Source: Candidatus Hydrogenedentota bacterium
Lineage (GTDB): Bacteria; Hydrogenedentota; Hydrogenedentia; Hydrogenedentales; SLHB01
Assembly (NCBI GenBank): GCA_045863335.1
Contig: BTVY01000004.1
Location: 96,001-160,000 of the forward strand
DNA: 64,000 nt
Direction: 5' to 3'
Shown: in pieces, positions 47,008-56,387 of the stretch
Layout: the number at the start of each line of letters is the position of its first letter
Position numbering within the stretch: the stretch's first letter is position 1
Notes under the pieces: generated by a model
Database searches by the model: none
Seen by the model: only the letters and a program-made list of their open reading frames with translations
What the model was told of the DNA's origin: nothing
Made by a program: the position numbers and the translations under genes

Positions 47008-47739
47008 ATGTCCAAAAAGGCAAAAGGGCCGATCCTTAACCAGTTGGTTTTGGAACGGCTTATGCACTATTACCATCTCGTCGGGGAACAAATTCCCGAT
47101 CAGGCGACGGGGTGGGTTTCCAGCGCGCACATCGCTCAACTGCTCGCCATGGACGACACGCTGGTCCGCAAGGATTTGGCGGCGATCGGCGTGCGCGGCC
47201 GGCCCCGGGTCGGTTTCAGCATCGCCGAGTTGAAGGGGAGAATCCGGGAAGTCCTGGGCTTCAACGACATGTACAAGGCGATCATCGTCGGCGCTGGCCG
47301 TCTCGGCGGGGCGATCGTCTCCTACGCGGGTTTCGCCAAGTACGGAATGTACGTGGTCGCCATGTTTGACGCGGATGAATCCCGCATCGGCTCGGTCATG
47401 GGAGGCGTGCTGGTTCAATCCATCGAGAATGTGGAATCCGTGATACGCCGCCACGACGTTCATATGGCCATTCTGACCGTGCCCGCGGAAGTGGCGCAGC
47501 CGTTGGCAGACAGGCTGGTGGCGGCGGGAATTCGGGCCATCTGGAACTTTGCCCCTACTAGCCTTTCGGTACCCCCCGAGGTGTTTGTGCGCCATGAACA
47601 CATCTCCGTCGGTCTGGCGGAGGTGGCCTACTACCTGAAGCGTAACGATCTGATGAGCGAGGACTGGCCAAGCGAAGCCTGGCACGCTGTTGAAGAGACC
47701 GGCTCCGATTCTTCGGAACCCGCGCCGGGCCAACCGTAG
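47008..47739 (+). CDS. rex: Redox-sensing repressor Rex
   Basis: RLMHYY, VSS, VRKDL, GRPRVGF, GAGRLG, LTVP, IWNFAP; AGGAGG SD. Confidence 0.93.
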   Translation: MSKKAKGPILNQLVLERLMHYYHLVGEQIPDQATGWVSSAHIAQLLAMDDTLVRKDLAAIGVRGRPRVGFSIAELKGRIREVLGFNDMYKAIIVGAGRLGGAIVSYAGFAKYGMYVVAMFDADESRIGSVMGGVLVQSIENVESVIRRHDVHMAILTVPAEVAQPLADRLVAAGIRAIWNFAPTSLSVPPEVFVRHEHISVGLAEVAYYLKRNDLMSEDWPSEAWHAVEETGSDSSEPAPGQP

Positions 47740-47748
47740 CCGACGGTG

Positions 47749-48105
47749 CTAGTTCCCCGCCGAACTTGACCTTCTTCGCCGCCGTTCCTTTTGCTTTCGG
47801 ATTTTCGCCATCCGTTTCGCTTCCGGGCTCAAGTCGCCAAGGTTCCGCGCCTCCAATAACTCGCACATCCGCCTTCGGGCGTAAAAACGATTTAGGGCCT
47901 GCGAACGGGCCTTCTGCATCTTGACTTCGAGACCCGTGGGCTTGTGCTGAAGATGAACGCAGGTCGAGGTCTTGTTTACGTGCTGACCGCCAGCGCCCCC
48001 GCTGCGAATGAACCGCTCGTCGAGGTCCGCTTCCTTTAAATCACACGCCGCCATACGACGTTCCAGTTCGGCTTCCTTGGCGGGCGTTACGCCAAATCGG
48101 GACAT
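47749..48105 (-). CDS. Short GGQ peptidyl-tRNA hydrolase (ArfB/C12orf65-like ribosome rescue factor)
   Basis: RSGGAGGQHVNKT, RSQALNR, basic C-terminal tail. Confidence 0.88.
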   Translation of the reverse strand: MSRFGVTPAKEAELERRMAACDLKEADLDERFIRSGGAGGQHVNKTSTCVHLQHKPTGLEVKMQKARSQALNRFYARRRMCELLEARNLGDLSPEAKRMAKIRKQKERRRRRSSSAGN

Positions 48106-48225
48106 GCTTCACCTCGACTCTAGTTGCAGGAGTTCGCGGGTTCGATGGGCGGAAGTATGAACGGGATTGGGAAGGGAGGCAAATGCAGGAGAGAGCCTGA
48201 GGGACGTGAGCGACAAACCCGCCCG

Positions 48226-48420
48226 CTAGGCCAACAGGTCCAGGTTTTGTCCCACGTAGGGGTCGAAGGAAACCACGGCCTGGATCAGATTCAGCGCGGC
48301 GGTACCGACATCCTTCACCACCTGCTGTTGACGGGTGTAGGCCTGGGCCTGGTACTGGGCCTCGAACTGAACTTGGCTGATATGGGTGGATACACCACCA
48401 ATCTGGTTAATACCAGCCAT
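48226..48420 (-). CDS. YjfB-like putative motility-associated small protein
   Basis: 64 aa ending DPYVGQNLDLLA; TAAGGAGGT SD; sigma28-like promoter upstream. Confidence 0.7.
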   Translation of the reverse strand: MAGINQIGGVSTHISQVQFEAQYQAQAYTRQQQVVKDVGTAALNLIQAVVSFDPYVGQNLDLLA

Positions 48421-48477
48421 CTTGGACCTCCTTATCCTGACGCTGGCGCGTACTCAGTAGAATCCGTTCTGGAGATA

Positions 48478-48505
48478 TTATCGGAAGAACAAGCGCCAAA
48501 CTTTA
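48478..48505 (-). promoter_or_regulatory. sigma28 (FliA/SigD)-type promoter
   Basis: TAAAGTTT-N12-TCCGATAA versus TAAAGTTT-N11-GCCGATAA. Confidence 0.65.
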
Positions 48506-48530
48506 ACGTGGAACGCGGCGCCAGACAGAG

Positions 48531-48563
48531 AATGGGACCCCCACGTTCTGCAGGAGCCCCATT
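48531..48563 (-). terminator. Probable terminator hairpin
   Basis: AATGGGGCTCCTGC / GTGGGGGTCCCATT stem on minus strand, downstream of the gene ending at 48601; U-tract weak. Confidence 0.5.
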
Positions 48564-48600
48564 GTTGGAAACTATTTCAACACAGACTGTTAGCGTGTAA

Positions 48601-49890
48601 TTAGCCGCCGGACGCCCCGAGTTTTTCCGGGCGCGGGCTGGCTTCGGCGAAGGCGAGCGCCTCGTCGATATAGATCCGTCCGGTCATTTCTCCGAGACTC
48701 GTCTGGGACACGTAGTCGTAGCGCTTGAAGCTGTTGAAATCCTCCGGCGTCAAGATGTATCCGAAGGCATCGTTCGTCAGGCCGAAGAGAAAGTTGTGTT
48801 CGCCATACATGTTGCGCTTCAGGTAGAAGCCGATGTTCGGAAGCGCTTCGCCGGGGATGGTCAGAATTTGGGCGTTCCCGAGATTAACCAGGTTCACCTG
48901 CGTGTCGGCGACGTTGTCATCCGCAATGGGATAGCCGAGCGGCGAGTTTTTCACGATGGCCAGCATCATCTCCGATTCGATGGGGAATGACACTGTCGTC
49001 TCCGCGCAGTAGAGTTCCGGGTCTTCCTGTATCGGCGCATTGGCGACGATACGAAGCGCCTCATCGGCAAGCAGGTTTCCGATGCGCTGGCACTCTTCCC
49101 AAGTTTGAATGTCCTTACCGTCGGGACCGCGGCAGTCGGCGGTGACCATGCCGCCCTGGGCGCCGTTCATGAAGATCGCCATGCCGCCGCCTTGGGTCTC
49201 GATCCGGTCGTGGAGCGGACCCACCATATCGGGGCTGAGAATGCCTTGGCTGTCCCCGATGACCTCGGGGTGAATGGCGTAATTCACGAGCGTGGCGATT
49301 GCGGCGCCGTCTTCCCCTACGAACTGCATCACGTTGCAGCGCCGGTCGTAAAGTTGGGGCGCGTAGTAGTTGTACGCGATCTTCTCGGCGGCTTCGCCCG
49401 TGGCGACCTTCACGCCTGCTGGTTTCACGGACGCCAGCGCTTCATTGATCGCGTCCGCAATGTCTTTGCAGGTACGGTCGATGTAGTTCAAATCGGCTGC
49501 AGTCTCGCCCTGTTCGTTCGCGAAGGCGTACATGTCCGGCGCGCTATGCGTGTGGGTGGAGCCGATGATGATATCCTCCGGCGGAATGCCATCGACCTGT
49601 TTTCGCACGCGGTCGCAAAGGACGCCGGGGAAACCCAGGTACGGCACGCTCACAATGGCGACGCGGGTGTTGCCCTGCTCCAGCACCAGCGCGCGCACCT
49701 CCAGTTCGCCCTTCTTCTCCGTAGCGGGCTCCGGGATTCCCACGCCTCCGGAAACCGGTAACAAGGGGTCGGGGGTCACGGTTCGGCTCGCGATTCCCAC
49801 CTGAAGTTCCGCGTTTCCGGCAACCGGGAAGATGAGCGCTGTCATCGCCAGAACCGCGATTCCCAATAAGACACTCCGTACACTTGGCAT
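48601..49890 (-). CDS. Secreted neutral/alkaline ceramidase-like hydrolase
   Basis: Signal peptide; THTHSAP, NYAIHPE, NGAQG, IPGE, NDAFGY. Confidence 0.75.
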   Translation of the reverse strand: MPSVRSVLLGIAVLAMTALIFPVAGNAELQVGIASRTVTPDPLLPVSGGVGIPEPATEKKGELEVRALVLEQGNTRVAIVSVPYLGFPGVLCDRVRKQVDGIPPEDIIIGSTHTHSAPDMYAFANEQGETAADLNYIDRTCKDIADAINEALASVKPAGVKVATGEAAEKIAYNYYAPQLYDRRCNVMQFVGEDGAAIATLVNYAIHPEVIGDSQGILSPDMVGPLHDRIETQGGGMAIFMNGAQGGMVTADCRGPDGKDIQTWEECQRIGNLLADEALRIVANAPIQEDPELYCAETTVSFPIESEMMLAIVKNSPLGYPIADDNVADTQVNLVNLGNAQILTIPGEALPNIGFYLKRNMYGEHNFLFGLTNDAFGYILTPEDFNSFKRYDYVSQTSLGEMTGRIYIDEALAFAEASPRPEKLGASGG

Positions 49891-50039
49891 GATTCGGCAC
49901 CTCGTAAATTCGGCTTGAATGTGTTGATACTGCGCACGACCACACAGCGTTATCGCATGAGGGAAGCGGAAAACACAAGCCCCGGCTCGTCAACCGTGCC
50001 GGGGCCATTCATGGGCGGGCGATTAGGGTGTTAGCGCCG

Positions 50040-51221
50040 TCAGTCGCGCGATTCCTCCAGTTCGCGGTCAACCGCCTGGCTGTACCAGCGGTTGAAGACC
50101 GAGACCCACAGGATTAACAACACCCAGGCGACCGGGGCGTACGCCGCGCGATCCAGCGAAAAGGTATTGTCGAAGGCCGTCAAAGGGCGCTCCGCCATAT
50201 AGCTTGCGGCAAATCCCCACAAGGCAAGAATGATAATGGCCAGGAGCATCTGGGCCGACACCTTGGCCTCGAAGTACGCCGGACGGGACCGTAGAAACAA
50301 CGCGACCGCCGACAAGATGGACACGACGGCCAGTCCGGTAAAGATGGCGAGGTCCGGTGTCCATTCGGCGGAGGTAATGAGTGGTCCGTCAGTGGTGCCG
50401 CGTTGGTAGGCCCAGACCAGCAGCGCGCACCCGGCGAATCCAACACCGCCGACGAGATTCCACAGGGCGACTTGCCGAACGACCTTCGATTCGACGGGCG
50501 CCACCTTGGCCCGGCGATCCCGAATGGCCCGAGCGGTTCGAAGGAGCTGATTGGGACCCAACATGGACAACTGATGGATTCCCCAGACGACAAGAGTGAG
50601 TCCGACGGCCATCGGTATCAGCGAGGGGTCAAAGAGTGTGCTCCCTGGCGTGACGGTGTACGCCGTCGAGGCCACCAAGTCGCCAAGACCGGCCGCGAGG
50701 AGCAGGGCGCCGTTTGAGCCATAAAGTCCGCGTTTTGGCGCGCAGATGCCGGACAGTCCGATGGCAACCAATGCGATGCCCCAACCGAACCACACATTTC
50801 CGGACAACAGCAGGTGTAATGCGCCGAAGAGCAGAATCGCCACGCCGGAGAACCGGACCTCTTTGGCGATCTCGGTGTGTTCCTTGTGCGGCATCCAGGC
50901 AACGAGCTTAAGCATCTGCACTTTCGTGCATGGGAACGAATAGCTTTTCATTCCCTCGATGACGTGGAAGGTGATGGTTCGTCCGCCGATCAGGTCATAA
51001 GAGAACTTCAGATAGCGTGCGGCTTCCTCCCGGTGCAACTGCATGACATGCTTGTCGCCCGGTTTCATCAGGGTGAGCAGATCGCCATCAAGGCGAACGG
51101 TCCAGATTTCGTTGTGATACCCGCGACGGGGCCGAAACTGGAGGAAAAACGGCGCCGCATGGCGCGGCGGAATTGTTGGTTGCGCGATACCCATCGGCTT
51201 CGTGACCTCCTTCATCGTCAC
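50040..51221 (-). CDS. Hypothetical multi-pass membrane protein
   Basis: Soluble N-terminal region followed by many hydrophobic segments. Confidence 0.7.
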   Translation of the reverse strand: MTMKEVTKPMGIAQPTIPPRHAAPFFLQFRPRRGYHNEIWTVRLDGDLLTLMKPGDKHVMQLHREEAARYLKFSYDLIGGRTITFHVIEGMKSYSFPCTKVQMLKLVAWMPHKEHTEIAKEVRFSGVAILLFGALHLLLSGNVWFGWGIALVAIGLSGICAPKRGLYGSNGALLLAAGLGDLVASTAYTVTPGSTLFDPSLIPMAVGLTLVVWGIHQLSMLGPNQLLRTARAIRDRRAKVAPVESKVVRQVALWNLVGGVGFAGCALLVWAYQRGTTDGPLITSAEWTPDLAIFTGLAVVSILSAVALFLRSRPAYFEAKVSAQMLLAIIILALWGFAASYMAERPLTAFDNTFSLDRAAYAPVAWVLLILWVSVFNRWYSQAVDRELEESRD

Positions 51222-51323
51222 GGCAAGCCGGTCCCAAAACTGATGTTACCACAGGAATCAAAAATGCGCCAATCCGCTATGGGATTGGCGCGCGTAAGTG
51301 TTTGCAAGGCTGTAGTTAATGGA

Positions 51324-52112
51324 CTACCGCATCTCCTGGCCGCCGGTAACGTTGACCGCCTGACCCGTCATGTACGACGAATCCTCCGACGCCAGAAATA
51401 CGACCACGTTGGTCACGTCCTGATAGGTACACCCGCGCTTCATGGGCACTTGATCGATGTATTTCTGGCGAACTTCGGCTTCGGAAATGCCCTGGTTCGC
51501 GGCGTACTGCTTGAACAGGCTGTTCACCCAGAGCGGCGAATCGAGCAAATTTCCGGGGCAAATGGAGTTGACGCGGATGCCGCGTTCGGCGAATTCGAGC
51601 GCGAGGCTCTGCGTGACGCCGATGCCGCCGAACTTGGACGCCGCATAGGCGCTATTCCTGAAGCTGCCCTTCTTGCCGGACTTGGAATTGATCTGAATGA
51701 TCGAACCGCCACCGCCACCCAGCATGACGCGGGCGGCTTCCCGTGCGCACAGGAAGTAGCCGGTCAAGTTCACGTCGATGACCTTCCGCCATTTCGCGGC
51801 GTCGAATTCGATGGAATCGCCGGAGATGAGAATACCGGCATTGGAGACCAGGATATCCAGTCCGCCCAGACGCTGCGCCGCGCGGTCCATGGCGACGCGC
51901 ACGGCCGCATCGTCGCACACGTCAACAGACTCACTCACAACCGCGCGCCCGGTATCTTTCGCGACACGGTCAGCCGTTTCCGCAACGGTATCCGCATTGA
52001 GATCCCAGGCGACGACGTCGCACCCTTCCTTCGCCAGCCGTTCCACGATGGCCGCGCCCAGACCCTGGGCGGCGCCCGTAATCACGGCGCGTTTGTTCTG
52101 TAGCCGGGCCAT
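51324..52112 (-). CDS. srlD: Sorbitol-6-phosphate dehydrogenase-like SDR
   Basis: TGAAQGLG, IQINSKSGKKGS, YAASKFG, GNLLDSPLW, VPMKRGC, YMTGQAVNVTGGQEM; TGATG overlap. Confidence 0.85.
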   Translation of the reverse strand: MARLQNKRAVITGAAQGLGAAIVERLAKEGCDVVAWDLNADTVAETADRVAKDTGRAVVSESVDVCDDAAVRVAMDRAAQRLGGLDILVSNAGILISGDSIEFDAAKWRKVIDVNLTGYFLCAREAARVMLGGGGGSIIQINSKSGKKGSFRNSAYAASKFGGIGVTQSLALEFAERGIRVNSICPGNLLDSPLWVNSLFKQYAANQGISEAEVRQKYIDQVPMKRGCTYQDVTNVVVFLASEDSSYMTGQAVNVTGGQEMR

Positions 52113-53719
52113 CAGACGTACTTCTCCAACAGGGCTTCCTCGGCTTCCTTCGTCCATGCGGAGTGGGGGCCCAGCTTACCCTTGAGTTCCGGAATGCGCT
52201 CCTCGACTTCCTCGACGGGCATGAGCGGAAGCTCCGGGATTTGCGTATAGATGACCGTCTTGCCCGGGAAGCGCGCGTCGTTCACGCCCTCAAGCCCTTC
52301 GCGGGCGGAATTCAGTCCGCCAATGGCCGCGACGCTGAGGTTCGTGTTAAGCTCGCCGGATTCGACCATTTCAAGAACCTTCCGCAAATCGCTGATGCGC
52401 GATCCGCTGGAGCCGATCATCTTGATTCCGCGGCACAGGTCTTTGATCTGGATGTCCGCGCACTTGCCGAGACCGACGCCGGCGAAGATGTTGAGGACCG
52501 CGTTGTCCGCCGCGTACGCCATGGCCGCGGGGACAAGCGGCGCCACGGGCGCCATGACGATGACGTCGTCATACCCGCCTGTGGCCAGGGCGTGGATTTT
52601 CTCGTCCATGGCGGCCTGCGATTCGAACTCGCTTGGCGCCAGCGTGACCAGTTTTACCCCGCGCTGCTTGGCCAAATCGCCGAAGCGGCGTTCGATGTGG
52701 TCGAGGCGTGCCCGATCGAGGTCCGTGACGACCACGAGGTTCGGTCCGCTTGAGATCTCGATGGCGCGCTGCACGTGCATCTGGCCCATGGGACCGCCCG
52801 CGCCGAGGAAGAGGGCCTCGCCGCCGGGGAGCAAGTCGTGGCGCGTGTTCGCCTGCTGGATGGACTGCAAGTCGTTTCCGCCGCCGTAGAACCGGATCCC
52901 TTCGTAGTGGATGCGCCCGATATCGAGGGAGGCCGTGCCGTCGCTGGATGGCGAACCGAGCAGGTACATGACCCCGTTCTTGTTCAAACGCGATGCCAAG
53001 GTGTTGACCAGTTCCGGGGACGGCATGGGAAGGATGATGTCGTCAAACGTGGCATCATGGTTCAGGCCGTCTAGCGAACGAGACAGGACTTGCGCCGCCG
53101 GATATTCCTTGCGAAACGCATCCGCATCGATGTCCGTGACCACAAGAACGGCATTGCCTTCCGCGGGCGCCATGCGCTCTTTCAGGTTGTACGACATTTC
53201 CACGCAGGCCCACGGCTCGGACAAGGCAGCCTGGCTGTAGCCCGTCTCCGGTTTGACCGGCAGCAGGTAACAACCTTCGTCGCCTTCCAGCGCCATTTCG
53301 TCCAGGTAGCAGTACTCGGCCAGGCCGCCTGGGATGAGGTAGCCAAAGGCAAACCCGAGGCCCTTGTAGTAGATGTCCGCCTGGACGATGTACCGTTCGC
53401 CAACCTTGAACTTGTCCTTCCACTGCGACCCGACCTGGACGACCGTCGCAGCGCATTCGTGGCCGAGCACCGTCGGATCTTTCGCCAGGTCGCGGCCGCG
53501 CAGGCGAGCGTGGCTGCTGCCCTGATTGATGATCTTGATGTCGGACTGGCAAAGGCCCAGCGCATCCACGCGGAGCACGATTTCGTTGTCCTTGGCCGGC
53601 CGGAGTTCGAGGGTAACCGGTTTGCCGTCCTTGCCGACGTTCTCGATTCCTGCGCCGAACACTTGCCAGGCGTCGTAGGTCTTGGGTAGCGGTTCATCCG
53701 CTTTGCGATATTTCTCCAT
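52112..53719 (-). CDS. Zn-dependent dehydrogenase, L-sorbose-1-phosphate reductase-like
   Basis: GLCQSD, LGHE, LSEPWAC, GAGGPMG, IFAG, GSSGS, GKTVIY. Confidence 0.75.
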   Translation of the reverse strand: MEKYRKADEPLPKTYDAWQVFGAGIENVGKDGKPVTLELRPAKDNEIVLRVDALGLCQSDIKIINQGSSHARLRGRDLAKDPTVLGHECAATVVQVGSQWKDKFKVGERYIVQADIYYKGLGFAFGYLIPGGLAEYCYLDEMALEGDEGCYLLPVKPETGYSQAALSEPWACVEMSYNLKERMAPAEGNAVLVVTDIDADAFRKEYPAAQVLSRSLDGLNHDATFDDIILPMPSPELVNTLASRLNKNGVMYLLGSPSSDGTASLDIGRIHYEGIRFYGGGNDLQSIQQANTRHDLLPGGEALFLGAGGPMGQMHVQRAIEISSGPNLVVVTDLDRARLDHIERRFGDLAKQRGVKLVTLAPSEFESQAAMDEKIHALATGGYDDVIVMAPVAPLVPAAMAYAADNAVLNIFAGVGLGKCADIQIKDLCRGIKMIGSSGSRISDLRKVLEMVESGELNTNLSVAAIGGLNSAREGLEGVNDARFPGKTVIYTQIPELPLMPVEEVEERIPELKGKLGPHSAWTKEAEEALLEKYV

Positions 53720-53826
53720 AGTGGACACGTTGCGTCTCCTTATCTTGCGCGTGGGGTGAAGGGGGCGTCTTTCCAACACTCCCGTCACCGACATTCCCGC
53801 GGGATTCTACGTTCGATATTCTGTAA

Positions 53827-54591
53827 TTATGATTTCCGGTCCGCGATGCTGTTCAAGCGATAATGCTCATCGGGCCGCGTGAAGATCCGATCCACATCGT
53901 GGGGCTCCATAAAGCGCGGTCCGCCGAGGGCGTAGGTTCCCACGATGATCTGTGAGGATTTCTCCGCCATATCCGTGCAACTCGTCACGGCCTTCGGCGA
54001 TCCGCCCATCGTGATGAGGCCGTGGTTCTGCATGAGAATGGCGGAGGGCAAAACGCCTTCCGCTTCGACGTACTGTTCGAACCGCGTCTTCACCTCGCGC
54101 GCCAGCACCAGCCCCGGGTCCACGTAGGGAATCCACACGGACTTGTGCTTCATGGACACCACCTGGTCCGGGAAGATGCGCCCCGACGCCGCTTCTTCCG
54201 CCCGCTTGGAGCAGAGGATGGCGTTGGTATACACGGGGTGCGTGTGCCCGATGAAGTTGTACTCCGGCACCCGGAGGAGGATGGCGTGAAGCATCGCCTC
54301 GACCGACGGCCGCCGCGTCTCCTTGGGATCGAGCAGGGCCTCCTTGAACACCCGCGACACATCCTCATCCCCGGCAGACGGGTCATCCAGGATGGCCGTT
54401 ACTTTCGAGATGGATACGGCAACAAACCCGCTTTCGTCAATGGTCGAAAGGGTTGTGCCGGAGGCTTTTACATAAAACGAATCGTCGTCGATCCGGGCGG
54501 AGGTGTTGCCTTCGCCCAGCATGGCGTAGCCCTTCGAAGGATCGCCCAGATACCGCGACATATCGACCAATTGCTGCATGATGTTTGACAT
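53827..54591 (-). CDS. Class II aldolase/adducin family protein
   Basis: GEGNTS, VKASG, PSVE, HTHP, YVDPG, MQNHG. Confidence 0.85.
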   Translation of the reverse strand: MSNIMQQLVDMSRYLGDPSKGYAMLGEGNTSARIDDDSFYVKASGTTLSTIDESGFVAVSISKVTAILDDPSAGDEDVSRVFKEALLDPKETRRPSVEAMLHAILLRVPEYNFIGHTHPVYTNAILCSKRAEEAASGRIFPDQVVSMKHKSVWIPYVDPGLVLAREVKTRFEQYVEAEGVLPSAILMQNHGLITMGGSPKAVTSCTDMAEKSSQIIVGTYALGGPRFMEPHDVDRIFTRPDEHYRLNSIADRKS

Positions 54592-54664
54592 AGCTGTACC
54601 GCGTCCCCTGTCCGTAAAAACACATGGATTGCCAGAGTATAGCAGGAAGGGGGGCGGCGATTGT

Positions 54665-54697
54665 AACTGCTCGCGGCTGCAAACTGCTCGCGGCTGC
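54665..54697. repeat. Tandem 16-bp direct repeat in a divergent promoter region
   Basis: AACTGCTCGCGGCTGC at 54665-54680 and 54682-54697, between TTGTAA and TATAAT. Confidence 0.7.
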
Positions 54698-54772
54698 GCT
54701 ATAATGGCGACGGAGGACAGGTCGGACAAGGCCGATGACCGGGGATCGGCTTTTCGTTGGGGAGTGCTTCGA

Positions 54773-55231
54773 ATGGTCTACATCAGGGCGAATGAGTTGC
54801 GCTATCTAGCTCTACATCTTCTGATCGTATTCGCGGTGGTGTTCGCTGTTATCGTTCCACTCGTCGTGAACTCCAACGAATCGTTTGGGTACGCCCTGTT
54901 CATTGCTTTCGATTTCGCGGTGACTATCTTCTGTTTGCGGTGGTGGTGCCCGCCTCTTTTTGACGATACATTGACATTCAGTGATCGTTTCGACGTAACA
55001 ATCGATGATCGGGGAATCGGCGGACCGATCCGCGCAGGCACTTTTGGGTTTGCTCGACAGGAGGTCGTGCCGGTCGACAGGATCGACCTGACCCGATGCC
55101 GATACAACACCATGTTCGGCTCGTATCTCGCATTGAAGGACGGCCGTCGCCTGATCGTCAGCTCGTTCGCCCACTCGGCAGAGAATGTCAGGCGCGTGTT
55201 CGAGGAAGTCCGCCGCCGAGTAGAAAAATAG
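54773..55231 (+). CDS. Hypothetical two-TM membrane protein
   Basis: Two hydrophobic helices then a soluble domain; GGGAG SD; alternative start 54704. Confidence 0.6.
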   Translation: MVYIRANELRYLALHLLIVFAVVFAVIVPLVVNSNESFGYALFIAFDFAVTIFCLRWWCPPLFDDTLTFSDRFDVTIDDRGIGGPIRAGTFGFARQEVVPVDRIDLTRCRYNTMFGSYLALKDGRRLIVSSFAHSAENVRRVFEEVRRRVEK

Positions 55232-55313
55232 GGACAGTTCCCTTTTCGTTTTTGAAGCGCCAAGATTGAGCCCCAGTGCCTGAGAAACGAAAAGGGAACT
55301 GTCCCCATTTTTC
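55223..55313. repeat. REP/MITE-like inverted repeat between convergent genes
   Basis: 29-bp arms GAAAAATAGGGACAGTTCCCTTTTCGTTT and AAACGAAAAGGGAACTGTCCCCATTTTTC (one mismatch), 33-bp spacer. Confidence 0.8.
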
Positions 55314-55351
55314 ATCCGATCGTTTGACCAACCGGAATCTTTACGCAGCTA

Positions 55352-56308
55352 TTACTTCCCGATGGCGTCCCGGCGTTGTTTGAGTTCGCGCCAGGTGGTG
55401 AGGATGATGCCTTCTTCTTCGATTGCTTTCTTCACTGCGGGATCGATCAGGGCGTTGTAATCGCCGAAGACGGTTTCGCGGTTGTTTGTGATCGCCTTGC
55501 CTTCTTCCGTGGGTTTGGTGGGATGGCAGTTGAACCAGGTAACACCTGGTTTCAGCGTACGGATCATGTCCACGTATTCCGCGGTCTTGTCCACGCTCTT
55601 CCAGGAGTAGCTGCGCGTGTCGATGTCGTCGAGCACGGGAAGGCCCGCCTCCCAGACCTTCTCTGCGTAGGGGCGCAATTGCTCGTAAGCTTCCGCGTCT
55701 TCCTGGCCGACGATGGTGCCGTGGCCTCCGGCGATGAGCAGGGGAATCTGCTTTTCGATGCCGACCTTCAGGTAGCGCTCGAAGTACTCGGGTGTGGCAA
55801 ACAGCGTGCCCATGTGCGAATCGAGGTGTGTGATTTCGATTCCCATCTTCTCCGCGAGGGCGATTTGGGCCCGTAGTTCCTGTTCCACCTCATCGGCCGT
55901 TGCGTTCTGGACGACTTGGCCGACGTTGTCGTGCATGAAGCCCATGGCGTCGACCAACCCCGGCACGGCGTCCCGGCCGGCGACGGGCGACCATCGGTAG
56001 GGGTCCCACTCCGCCGTGTAAGTCAGGTGCAATCCAGCGCATACGTTCGGATTCTGCTTCAGATAGGCGACGAACTCGGGAACCCAGGAACAGGGCATCA
56101 TGATGCTGACGGAAGTAACGGTGCCCGCTTCGAGGGTGGCGATCGTGCCCGCATTGGCGGCGTGGCACATGCCCGCGTCGTCGGCGTGGATCATAAGGAC
56201 CCTGGCGCCCTTGGGCCAGCCGAGTTTTTCGGCGTAGGTTTCTTCCTGGGCGAGGGCGACGTTGATTGACAAGGAAAAGACAAGACTGAGCAGGATTACC
56301 ATTCGCAT
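55352..56308 (-). CDS. Secreted ChbG/YdjC-family carbohydrate deacetylase
   Basis: HADDAG, GLHLT, THLDSHMG, CHP; signal peptide. Confidence 0.88.
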   Translation of the reverse strand: MRMVILLSLVFSLSINVALAQEETYAEKLGWPKGARVLMIHADDAGMCHAANAGTIATLEAGTVTSVSIMMPCSWVPEFVAYLKQNPNVCAGLHLTYTAEWDPYRWSPVAGRDAVPGLVDAMGFMHDNVGQVVQNATADEVEQELRAQIALAEKMGIEITHLDSHMGTLFATPEYFERYLKVGIEKQIPLLIAGGHGTIVGQEDAEAYEQLRPYAEKVWEAGLPVLDDIDTRSYSWKSVDKTAEYVDMIRTLKPGVTWFNCHPTKPTEEGKAITNNRETVFGDYNALIDPAVKKAIEEEGIILTTWRELKQRRDAIGK

Positions 56309-56387
56309 GTTAAGAATCTCCGTAATTCAGAAAAAGCCTGACCGGGATTATTGCACATCGGTAGGGGGCTTTTCGCGTGGGCCGGGA

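Noticed and set aside
47749-48105. Truncated prfA/prfB pseudogene
   Set aside because: Complete short GGQ protein with its own SD and basic tail, typical of rescue-factor families
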